64,000 bases of DNA. Origin: an uncultured Acidobacteriota bacterium. Its GTDB lineage: Bacteria > Acidobacteriota > Thermoanaerobaculia > Multivoradales > Multivoraceae. Location: contig CAWKPF010000002.1 in NCBI GenBank assembly GCA_963851415.1, positions 65,497-129,496 of the forward strand, given 5' to 3'. Below are positions 1-7,906 of the stretch, piece after piece. The translations under genes were made by a program, and so were the position numbers. Each line of letters opens with the position of its first letter. The first letter of the stretch is position 1. A model generated the notes under the pieces. It worked only from the letters and a program-made list of their open reading frames with translations, had not been told where the DNA came from and did not search any database.

Positions 1-83
1 GCCGATTCACCTCGAGATGTCCGCGCGAAGCCGGCCGCCCCGGAAGTGATTCTCAGCGATGGGGCACGAAGAGGCGTCAAGCG

Positions 84-971
84 CTACAGCGGCTTCCGCG
101 CTACGATCGCCCAGGTGCTCGAGTCGAGCCACACGCTGCCGTCGTCGCGCTGGTTGGCGCGCAGCATCCGAATCAGCTCGTCCCGGATCTCCGGCAGCTT
201 CTCACGCCCCAGCTCCCCAGCCTCGCGCACGATCTCCCCCGCGGGTCCAACGGCGAGTTGATACTCGAGGGCCTCCGCGAGGTCTCGACCGACACAGATC
301 GGTGCATCTTGACGGCGGAACTCCGCGTCCGGAAAGCCCGCAGCCCGGATCATCAGGCGGTCCGTCTCTTCATCGGCCATCGAAAAGGGCCCGGGGCCGC
401 AAGTCTTGCCGTCGTCGCCCGGAGGGGGCAGGTGCCGCAGCGTCGCCTCCTTGGCCGCAGCCACCCACTCGTTCTCGCTCGAGCCGCGCCACACGAGCAG
501 GCACATCCTGCCCCCGGGCTCGAGCCCCGCATGCATGTTGCGCATCGCCGCGACCGCGCTCGCGAAGAACATCACCCCGAAGCGCGAGTAGGCCACATCG
601 TAGGAGCTCGGCTCGAAGGTTCGACTCTGCGCGTCGACCAGCTCGTAGCTGACGTTCTCGGCGCCCGCTGCGGCCCGCTCCTCCTCGGCCACCCTCAAGA
701 AAGACTCCGTACAGTCGATCCCGTGCACTCGTCCAGCCACGCCCACCGCTTCGGACATCTCGAGACACGTCTCGCCGAAACCGCAACCGACGTCGAGGAC
801 TCGTTCACCCTCGGCCACAGCGAAGAAGTCGGCGGCCAGGTCGCTGTGGACCTTGCCGTTTCCCGACAGCAGGTGGCGAAAGCGAATCCACTTGGGCGTC
901 AGGATCTGGTTCCAACACTCGACGAAGCCGAGGTTGGAGGGGTCTGTCTGGCTGGCGATCTGTGGGGGCAT
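84..971 (-). CDS. class I SAM-dependent methyltransferase
   Basis: Track ORF 84..1040(-). The in-frame ATG at 971 (MPPQIASQ...) is preferred because the 23 upstream codons look non-coding. SAM-binding motif I VLDVGCGFGETCLEM. GC3-biased. Confidence 0.75.
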   Translation of the reverse strand: MPPQIASQTDPSNLGFVECWNQILTPKWIRFRHLLSGNGKVHSDLAADFFAVAEGERVLDVGCGFGETCLEMSEAVGVAGRVHGIDCTESFLRVAEEERAAAGAENVSYELVDAQSRTFEPSSYDVAYSRFGVMFFASAVAAMRNMHAGLEPGGRMCLLVWRGSSENEWVAAAKEATLRHLPPPGDDGKTCGPGPFSMADEETDRLMIRAAGFPDAEFRRQDAPICVGRDLAEALEYQLAVGPAGEIVREAGELGREKLPEIRDELIRMLRANQRDDGSVWLDSSTWAIVARKPL

Positions 972-1026
972 GGTGTCTCCTTCTACCCAACAGAAACGCA
1001 GCCCCCAACAAAACCCGCCAAAATCA

Positions 1027-1129
1027 GGGACAGGCACCACTCCCGAGAAAAGCGAGGAACGCCGATGAAGAGTGCCTGTCCCCTCTGCGGAGGAATGCCA
1101 GGAATGGCGGGTGGGTCGTGCCTGTCCCC
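1027..1129. repeat. REP-like inverted-repeat element (GGGACAGGCAC / GTGCCTGTCCCC)
   Basis: Read directly: GGGACAGGCAC at 1027-1037, and its reverse complement at 1072-1083 and 1118-1129. All lie in the 162-nt spacer between the pdxH stop and the methyltransferase start. A related copy sits at 23430-23465. Confidence 0.6.
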
Positions 1130-1133
1130 AATT

Positions 1134-1715
1134 TCAGGGGTTGAGGCGGTAGTGCTTCCAGGTATCGCCGTCGGGCTCGTAGACGGTTCGCTCGTGCAGC
1201 CGAAAGCGGCCTTCGACCCAGAATTCGATCCAGTGGGGGGCGACGCGAAAGCCCGACCAGTGGGGCGGACGCTCGACCTTGCGCCCGAGAAACCGGGCCT
1301 CGACCTTGGCGACTTCCTTGAGGAGATGGGCCGTGCTCTCGAGCGGTCGGCTCTGCTGCGAAGCCCACGCGCCCAACTGTGAGCCCAGAGGTCGGGTCGC
1401 GAAGTACTCGTCGGCCTCGGCGTCGTCGACGCGCGAGGCCTGACCCAGGATGATCACCTGCTTGCCCAGCTCACGCCAGTAGAAGTTGAGCGAGACCCTG
1501 GGGTTGGCCAGGATCTCCCTACCCTTGCGGCTCTCGAAGTTGGTGTAGAAGACGAACCCGCGCGGATCGAAGTCCTTGAGCAGGACCGTGCGAGCGGACG
1601 GCTGACCATCGGCCGACACCGACCCGAGGCTCATTGCGTTGGGATTGGCCATGCCCGCCGCAACAGCCTCGTCGAAGACCTTGCCGAAACGAACGAAGGG
1701 ATCCTTTTCCGTCAT
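1134..1715 (-). CDS. pdxH: pyridoxamine 5'-phosphate oxidase
   Basis: 193-aa ORF. Segments SARTVLLKDFDPRGFVFYTNFESRKG, WRELGKQV and the C-terminal ...WKHYRLNP match my memory of PNPOx/PdxH signatures. It lies 13 nt downstream of fhs on the same strand. Confidence 0.85.
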   Translation of the reverse strand: MTEKDPFVRFGKVFDEAVAAGMANPNAMSLGSVSADGQPSARTVLLKDFDPRGFVFYTNFESRKGREILANPRVSLNFYWRELGKQVIILGQASRVDDAEADEYFATRPLGSQLGAWASQQSRPLESTAHLLKEVAKVEARFLGRKVERPPHWSGFRVAPHWIEFWVEGRFRLHERTVYEPDGDTWKHYRLNP

Positions 1716-1728
1716 CGCCTGGCCGCGC

Positions 1729-3375
1729 TCAGGTCATGCCGACGATCTCGCCGTCCTTCAGATCGATGTGATGCGCCTGGGGCTCGACCGGCAAGCCCGG
1801 CATGCGCATGATGTCCCCGAGCAAGGCCACCACGAAGCCCGCGCCCGCGGAAACCACGAAGTCGGACACCGTGATCTCGAAGTCGACCGGACGCCCGGTC
1901 CGAGTCGGCTGATCGGTCAGAGAGGTCGGAGTCTTGGCGATGCACACGGGGAGCTCTCCGTAGCCCAGCTCCTCGATCTTCTTGAGCGCCACCTTGGCCT
2001 TCTTGGTGTACTGCACCGAGGAAGCGCCGTACATCGTGCTCGCCACCTTGAAGATCTTCTCCGGAATGGGATCGCTGAGCTCATAGAGCGGATGGAACTG
2101 CTGGTGCTCGCGCTCGTGGTGAGTGATCACCGCCTCGGCGAGCGCTTTTCCCCCGTCGCCCCCGCGGGCGAAGTGATCGGCCAGCGCAAAAGGCACGCCG
2201 AGCTCGGCGCACGCCTTCTCCACCACTTCGATCTCGTCGCCGCTGTCGGTGTGGAACTGGTTGAGCGCCACCACGGGCTTCTCACCGAAGGCACGAATGC
2301 TCTCGATGTGCTTGTAGAGGTTCGGGAGGCCTCGCTCGACGGCCGCGGCATCTGGCTTCTCCAGGTTCTTCTTGACTCCACCGTGACACTTGAGCGCTCG
2401 AACCGTGGCCACCAGCACAACCGCAGCCGTGTCGAGGCCGGCGCTGGTGCACTTGATGTCGAAGAACTTCTCCGCGCCGAGATCGAACCCGAACCCGGCC
2501 TCGGTCACGACCCAATCGGCGTGGGCGAGCGCCATCTTGGTCGCGATCACCGAGTTGCAGCCGTGCGCGATGTTGGCGAACGGGCCCCCATGCACGAACG
2601 CGGGAACGCCATCCATCGTCTGCACCAGGTTCGGCATCATCGCTTCGCGCAGCAACGCCATCATCGCTCCGGAGGCGTTGAGGTCACCAGCAGTCACCGG
2701 CTCGCCACGCCAGGTGAAGGCGACCAGCAAACGAGACAGTCGCGCCCGCAGGTCGTTCTCGTCTTCGGCCAGACACAGTGCCGCCATCACCTCGGAGGCC
2801 GGCGTGATGTCGAAACCGCCTTCGCGCGGAACCCCCTGGAGTCGGCCACCGAGACCGACGACGACATGACGCAGCGCGCGGTCGTTGAGATCGACGACGC
2901 GACGCCACAGCACCTGCCGCGAGTCGATGCGCGGCCGAGATCCGTGGTAGATGTGATTGTCGATCAGCGCCGCCAGCAGGTTGTTGGCACTCGTGATGGC
3001 ATGGAAGTCGCCGGTGAAGTGGAGATTGATCTGGTCTTTGGGTACGAGCGACGCCTTCCCGCCACCGGTGGCGCCGCCCTTCATGCCGAAGACCGGGCCA
3101 AGAGACGGCTCGCGCAGCGCCAGGCAGACCTTCTCTCCCAGCTTGGCAAACCCCTGGGCCAGGCCGATCGAGGTGGTGGTCTTGCCTTCCCCCGACTTGG
3201 TCGGGGTGATCGCCGAAACCAGAATCAGTTTGCCGTCGGGACGTCCGTTGTTCCGGGCCTCCAGCCGCACTTTGGCCTTGTCGTCGCCGTAGGGAACCAG
3301 ATACTTGTCGTCAATACCCAGACTCCGGGCGACCTCGCGGATCGGCCGCGGCTGTCCGGGAGAAGAGTCGCTCAT
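1729..3375 (-). CDS. fhs: formate--tetrahydrofolate ligase
   Basis: Track ORF 1729..3648(-), trimmed to ATG 3375 (MSDSSPGQ...), which is preceded by AGGAGG. Motifs TPTKSGEGKTTTSIGL and PVCIAKTPTSLTD are typical of Fhs. Confidence 0.9.
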   Translation of the reverse strand: MSDSSPGQPRPIREVARSLGIDDKYLVPYGDDKAKVRLEARNNGRPDGKLILVSAITPTKSGEGKTTTSIGLAQGFAKLGEKVCLALREPSLGPVFGMKGGATGGGKASLVPKDQINLHFTGDFHAITSANNLLAALIDNHIYHGSRPRIDSRQVLWRRVVDLNDRALRHVVVGLGGRLQGVPREGGFDITPASEVMAALCLAEDENDLRARLSRLLVAFTWRGEPVTAGDLNASGAMMALLREAMMPNLVQTMDGVPAFVHGGPFANIAHGCNSVIATKMALAHADWVVTEAGFGFDLGAEKFFDIKCTSAGLDTAAVVLVATVRALKCHGGVKKNLEKPDAAAVERGLPNLYKHIESIRAFGEKPVVALNQFHTDSGDEIEVVEKACAELGVPFALADHFARGGDGGKALAEAVITHHEREHQQFHPLYELSDPIPEKIFKVASTMYGASSVQYTKKAKVALKKIEELGYGELPVCIAKTPTSLTDQPTRTGRPVDFEITVSDFVVSAGAGFVVALLGDIMRMPGLPVEPQAHHIDLKDGEIVGMT

Positions 3376-3503
3376 GCTTCGCCTCCTGAAGAATCTCACT
3401 CGATTGGATGGCAGTTGGATCGAGCTCGAAGGATGTCTCGAGCTGCGCGGGATAGCTCGTCCATTCTGCGTCCTCCCGAGAGGCGAGGCAAGGCCGACCG
3501 AGC

Positions 3504-3532
3504 AAGAAAAACCCAGGGAGAAGCCCGGGGTT
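3504..3532 (-). terminator. candidate intrinsic terminator downstream of the OmpW-like gene
   Basis: On the minus strand AACCCCGGG-CTTCT-CCCTGGGTT forms a 9-bp stem with one mismatch and a 5-nt loop, followed by TTTCTTGC. It lies about 120 nt after the stop at 3654 and upstream of fhs. Confidence 0.4.
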
Positions 3533-3653
3533 CTACCTGATCGCTTCCGACGAGGCGGATCTGCTGCCTGGCCCCATCGAACCCCTCGAGTCTTGGATGG
3601 AAGACTTCTCGTCGGTCGGGCGCGAACCCCCCGATTCACCCATGGCACTCGAT

Positions 3654-4277
3654 TCAGAAGCGATATCCGACTCCGAGCGTCGACGTCCAGGGAGAAATTT
3701 CGATCGACGTGACCTCCGCCTCGTCACCCGTGACTCTGTAGTCTGCAACGAGATAGCGCAGCGCGAAGGAGAGTGTCCACGGGCCCTTGCCGATTGCCAG
3801 ATCCAAAGCAGCGGCGGCGCCCCACACGAAGGTATCCTCGGCCGAGAACCGGTCCGCGCCGAAGCGCAGATCACCGAAAAAGGCGTAGCCGACCATTGGC
3901 GTGAGAGCGAGATCGGCTCTGCGACCGGGCGTCACATGAACATCGAGCCCCATGGTGACGGGGGTGAACCCGACCTCGCCACTGGAGCTCGAGAAGCCAC
4001 CCTGGAGCTCGGTAAAGACCGACAGCGTCGGGCGACTCTGGTGAACCGCGAGCTCCACCCCGAAGCGCCGGCTGAAACGGTACTCCGTCTCGAGACCCAG
4101 TTCGTAGGAATCATCGAAGCCGACTGAGATATCTCCGTCGCTCTCGGAGATCTGGAGTGGTCCACCGTATGTGTTCCAACCTCCCACCGCACGCACAAGC
4201 CACCGATCCTCCTGAGCAGAGAGAGCAGCGGCCGCGAGAACGAAGCCAGCCAGGTAGATAGTCGATCTGCTTCTCAT
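3654..4277 (-). CDS. ompW: OmpW-family outer-membrane beta-barrel protein
   Basis: Track ORF 3654..4400(-), trimmed to ATG 4277, which is preceded by GAGGAGG. Signal peptide MRSRSTIYLAGFVLAAAALSAQ. C-terminal ...IEISPWTSTLGVGYRF resembles the E. coli OmpW end (...DPWVFMFSAGYRF). Confidence 0.7.
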   Translation of the reverse strand: MRSRSTIYLAGFVLAAAALSAQEDRWLVRAVGGWNTYGGPLQISESDGDISVGFDDSYELGLETEYRFSRRFGVELAVHQSRPTLSVFTELQGGFSSSSGEVGFTPVTMGLDVHVTPGRRADLALTPMVGYAFFGDLRFGADRFSAEDTFVWGAAAALDLAIGKGPWTLSFALRYLVADYRVTGDEAEVTSIEISPWTSTLGVGYRF

Positions 4278-4463
4278 CGTGTTCCTCCTCAACCGTGGGA
4301 CCGCGCATTCGGTCTCCGAGGAAGACCAGCGCAAGGTCCATGCCCACACCGAACGAGAGCGCCAGGCCTGGCCAGGGCCGCAGCCGGCCCTTCTGATCAA
4401 GGGTCGAACCTCGCCTTCCCGAGTCTCGCTCTAGGGGGCTCCACCGTCTGTTTCGAGCGACAG

Positions 4464-4477
4464 TGTCTGATCAGACA
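4464..4477. promoter_or_regulatory. perfect 14-bp palindrome TGTCTGATCAGACA, candidate enhancer (UAS) for the sigma54 activator
   Basis: Read directly. Its centre lies 100 bp upstream of the GG of the sigma54 -24 element at 4569-4583. That is the usual distance for bacterial enhancer-binding-protein sites. Confidence 0.4.
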
Positions 4478-4568
4478 TACAGCAACGAGTCGCTTCCGTG
4501 CCGCGGGAAGCTGGGCTGAAACGACCACTTCCTTCGTTTCTGCCTCCTCGAGTCCGCCACCGCCGAGC

Positions 4569-4583
4569 TGGCACTCCTCTTGC
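4569..4583 (+). promoter_or_regulatory. sigma54 (-24/-12) promoter TGGCAC-N5-TTGC
   Basis: TGGCACtcctcTTGC matches the RpoN consensus exactly. It is 77 nt upstream of ATG 4660, in front of an operon that ends in a sigma54-dependent activator. Confidence 0.65.
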
Positions 4584-4659
4584 CTCTCGTGTCCACTCAG
4601 AAGACCTCCTGACGCCAAGACCCCTTTCGGGCCTCGGACGGGAGAGAATCGGAGGGCGG

Positions 4660-6027
4660 ATGAGAATGCAGCACCAGACAACGACTCGCTCCGAACGACT
4701 GACGCGAACGACGTGGCTGGTCTTCGCGCTTCTCCTCGCCTGGATCGCCTCGGCGCCCTCGGCCCACGCGCAGTCCCAGAACGACGAGTTCTTCATCGAG
4801 TCGATCTTCGTCGAAGGTGCTGAGCGATTCGGCGCCGGAATCGTCATCTCGGAGTCTCTGCTCCAAGAGGGTCAGCTCTACAGTGAGCGAGCCCTGCGCG
4901 ACGCAGTACACCGGATCGTCCGCTTGCCTCTCGTCCTCGACGCCGAGTTCGCGCTGCGCAAGGGCTCTCGCCGCGGCCGCTATCAGCTGGTCATCACCAT
5001 CGAGGAAGCACGACACTGGTTCTTCTTCAGCGATCTGCTGGCAAGCGCCGGAGACGACCGACTCGGGTTCCGCACGGTCGGCTCCGACATTTCCACCGAG
5101 ACACGCTCCGACGATCAGGAGGACTCCGCCCTCTTCGCGGGCTGGAGGACATCGGCCGGACGCTTCGGGGTCTTCTCGGTCGGAATCGACCCCCTCGACG
5201 AGGGAAAGCTGCAGCTGGGCTTCACGCAGTACAACCTCCTTGGGCGCAACATCCAGCTTCAGGTCGGCTACCTCTTCCAACCGTTGGAAGGCGGCTTCAA
5301 CGAGGGCCGCGACAAATCGGAGCAACAGACCTTTCGGCTCGGCTTGGGCATCCCGCTACGGGGCAACCACTCCCTCAGCCTCAGTAGCTCTTATCGCCGA
5401 CTCCGCTATCGAACCGACTTCGCTCCAGCCGGCTCCTACGAGAGCGATCTCGATCGCATCTGGGCGGAGCTGTCATGGGTCTACAACACACTGGACGACC
5501 CGGTTTTTCCTACCACCGGACGGTTCCTGCGTGGTGGGGTGAGCTATCACCAGGAGCAGACTTCGAGCCGACTCAGCTTCTCGCCGATGACGGCTCCTCC
5601 CGTCGACGAGCGGCGCGAGTTGGATGGATCCGAGTGGCGAGCAGGAGTCGTGGCCGACTTCCACCGGACGATCTCCGCCAGGGACAGTCTCTCGATTTCG
5701 GCAAGGGCCTCCGCTGGAGCCGGAGAGTTCGACCTCCTCAGCGAGCCCTTCCCCTCGATGACTCGAGACACCGAAGTCGACCTCGGCCACGCCAGCCTGA
5801 CGCTCGGCTACGCCCGGTTCCTTCTGCGCAACGTCCAGAAACCGCGCTGGCGCGAGCTGCGCTGGGAGAATGACGTCGAGCTGTTCGCCGATCATTTCTC
5901 CCCGGCGCAGTATGGCGCTAAGGACACTGCCACCGGCTATCGGCTCGAGTCTCGCCTTCGCTACCGGACGAGCTGGGGGCTCTTCAGCTTCGCTGTCGAA
6001 TACATCCAACGCGAGGACTTCCCTTGA
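4660..6027 (+). CDS. POTRA-domain outer-membrane beta-barrel protein (ShlB/FhaC/BamA-like)
   Basis: Track ORF 4498..6027, trimmed to ATG 4660 after GGAGGG. Signal peptide ...LLLAWIASAPSAHAQ. POTRA-like FFIESIFVEGAERFGAGIVISESLLQEGQLYSERALRDAVHRIVRL. The remainder is rich in alternating beta-strand patterns. Confidence 0.7.
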   Translation: MRMQHQTTTRSERLTRTTWLVFALLLAWIASAPSAHAQSQNDEFFIESIFVEGAERFGAGIVISESLLQEGQLYSERALRDAVHRIVRLPLVLDAEFALRKGSRRGRYQLVITIEEARHWFFFSDLLASAGDDRLGFRTVGSDISTETRSDDQEDSALFAGWRTSAGRFGVFSVGIDPLDEGKLQLGFTQYNLLGRNIQLQVGYLFQPLEGGFNEGRDKSEQQTFRLGLGIPLRGNHSLSLSSSYRRLRYRTDFAPAGSYESDLDRIWAELSWVYNTLDDPVFPTTGRFLRGGVSYHQEQTSSRLSFSPMTAPPVDERRELDGSEWRAGVVADFHRTISARDSLSISARASAGAGEFDLLSEPFPSMTRDTEVDLGHASLTLGYARFLLRNVQKPRWRELRWENDVELFADHFSPAQYGAKDTATGYRLESRLRYRTSWGLFSFAVEYIQREDFP

Positions 6028-6668
6028 AGATCCTCGCATCGCTCGCGCTCATGTTGGCAACGGTGTCGAGTCCCTCGGCGCAGCCTCGACTCGTGCTCGA
6101 TGCCCCACACTGGGGGGTTCTGACAGGACTCCCACCGGTACTCCAGAACGAAGAGATTCGCCGCCAATTGAGGAGCGGACTGACGACTTCCATGGTCTTT
6201 ACCGTAGGCTCTCCCAGCAGGAGCTCGTCGCGCTTCGGCGGCGCGGGTCGGGTCGAAATCCGTTACGAGCCATGGGATGAGATCTTTCTGGTGAGAACGA
6301 TCGGCATCGACGGCGCAGTCGCCGATACGAAGCTCTCCACGCAAGAGACTCTCGAGCTCTGGTGGTCAGAGCTCCAACTGCGGGTCATGAACCTCGAGCA
6401 CATCTCCGGGCCGCTGCGCGACAGCGTGACGCTGACCCTCAAAGTCGTCCCCTTTTCGCACGCGGAGCAGCACGACACCCAGCGATGGTACTCGGAATCC
6501 GTACATCAGTCGGGCCGCAGCACAGATGACGTACCGGGTGTGCGCCCGGTCGGGCCCGATCCCCTGGAGAAAATGCTCAGCGCCCTGATTGCCACTTCGA
6601 TTCAGCGCCGCCCCCTCATCTCCTTCGAGTGGAAACTCGATTGGCCGGCTGAGGAGAGCTCCCCATGA
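6024..6668 (+). CDS. secreted protein of unknown function (possibly DUF4390-like)
   Basis: TTG start overlaps the upstream stop (TTGA). Signal peptide MKILASLALMLATVSSPSAQ. GC3-biased. The DUF4390 idea rests only on remembered gene context (DUF4390 upstream of NtrY/NtrX-type pairs) and the ...YEPWDEIF... segment. Confidence 0.6.
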   Translation: MKILASLALMLATVSSPSAQPRLVLDAPHWGVLTGLPPVLQNEEIRRQLRSGLTTSMVFTVGSPSRSSSRFGGAGRVEIRYEPWDEIFLVRTIGIDGAVADTKLSTQETLELWWSELQLRVMNLEHISGPLRDSVTLTLKVVPFSHAEQHDTQRWYSESVHQSGRSTDDVPGVRPVGPDPLEKMLSALIATSIQRRPLISFEWKLDWPAEESSP

Positions 6669-7906
6669 ACCTGAGGGCGACTCTGCTGGCAGTCTTGGGC
6701 ATGGTCACCGTGGCTGCTCTGATCTTCGCATTCTTGCAGCGCCCGCTTCTCTCGGCGTCCCTGGGCCTTTCGGCACATCCCGACATCCAGGCGCAACTGC
6801 AGCGATCTCTCGAGGATCAGAAGACGCTGGCCGAACTCGACCCGGCCCGAGAGCCGCACTACCGCGAGCGCTTCGAGGAGCTGGAGAAAACGGTCCAACG
6901 TCTGCTCATCCTGGAGCACAACCGGGAGCAGCTGGAGCGTCGATATCAGCTCGTCGCCTTGGTTCTGCTGGCGATCAGCGTGGTTCTTGCCACTGGTCTG
7001 TACGCCCTTCACCATGCCCGTCAGGGCCCCCGCCTGCAGCGCATTGGAGAGGCACTGGCGGAGTTGGCGCGCGGCCGCACCGATCTCGAGCTGAAAGACC
7101 GCCAGCACGACAGCATCGGCCGGATCTCGGCGATGATCGAGAGGACCTCCCGCCTCATGGCCGAGGATCGGCGGCGACTGGCATCGCTCGAGAATCTCTC
7201 GACCTGGCAGGAGGCCGCGAGACGACAGGCGCACGAAATGAAGACACCGCTGACGTCGGCGCAGCTCGAGCTCGACCGCGTCTACTCGCAGGTAGCGAGC
7301 TCGCGGGCTCCGGACCGAGGATCCTTGTTGGCGACTCTCGACGGCGCCCGCGACGAACTGCGCCGCCTGGCCGCATCCACTCAACTGTTCACCAGCTTCG
7401 CGAGGTTGCCGCGCCCGACTCTCCGCACTCTGCGCCTCGACAGACTCCTGGCCGAGTTCGTGGAGACCTTCGCCACGGCCTGGCCCAACCTCCGACTCTC
7501 CATCAAGGAAACGATCGAAGTCAGCGCTGAAGTGGATCGCGATCTCCTGCGTCAGGTCCTGGTCAACCTATGCGACAACAGTTCGCTCGCCTGCAAGGAG
7601 CGGGACGGCACGGTAGCGTTCTCACTCGAGGCCTCGACCGAGACGGTGAGTCTATCGGTGTGCGACAACGGCCCGGGAGTCGCCGCTGAAATGCGCAGTC
7701 GGCTGTTCGAGCCCTACTCCACCACGAGGCCACCAGGGGAAGGAATGGGGCTGGGTTTGGCGATCTCGCGCAAGATCCTGCTCGATCATGGCGGTGACCT
7801 CGAGTGGATCGATGCTGACGCTGCGAGGTCGACCGACGATCCAGCAGGTCACGCCGGCACCTGCATGCGGCTCCTATTGCCGAGATTCCACGAGGCTTCC
7901 GCATGA
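6665..7906 (+). CDS. sensor histidine kinase (two TM helices, HAMP-like, HisKA, HATPase_c)
   Basis: ATGA overlap with the upstream gene. H-box HEMKTPLTSAQLEL, N-box VLVNLCDNS, G-boxes DNGPGV and GMGLGLAISRKILLDHGGDL. Confidence 0.85.
   Translation: MNLRATLLAVLGMVTVAALIFAFLQRPLLSASLGLSAHPDIQAQLQRSLEDQKTLAELDPAREPHYRERFEELEKTVQRLLILEHNREQLERRYQLVALVLLAISVVLATGLYALHHARQGPRLQRIGEALAELARGRTDLELKDRQHDSIGRISAMIERTSRLMAEDRRRLASLENLSTWQEAARRQAHEMKTPLTSAQLELDRVYSQVASSRAPDRGSLLATLDGARDELRRLAASTQLFTSFARLPRPTLRTLRLDRLLAEFVETFATAWPNLRLSIKETIEVSAEVDRDLLRQVLVNLCDNSSLACKERDGTVAFSLEASTETVSLSVCDNGPGVAAEMRSRLFEPYSTTRPPGEGMGLGLAISRKILLDHGGDLEWIDADAARSTDDPAGHAGTCMRLLLPRFHEASA

Noticed and set aside
1639-3540. 633-aa plus-strand ORF
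   Set aside because: It lies antisense to the well-supported fhs gene. Its composition is Arg/Gly/His-rich with no recognisable motifs, which is typical of a high-GC shadow ORF.
3376-3653. Possible folate/purine riboswitch (ZTP/pfl or THF type) in the fhs leader
   Set aside because: I looked on the minus strand for the conserved ZTP 3' element (CCGCCUGGGC-like) and found nothing resembling it. The region is better explained by a terminator hairpin for the upstream porin gene plus a leader of about 130 nt.
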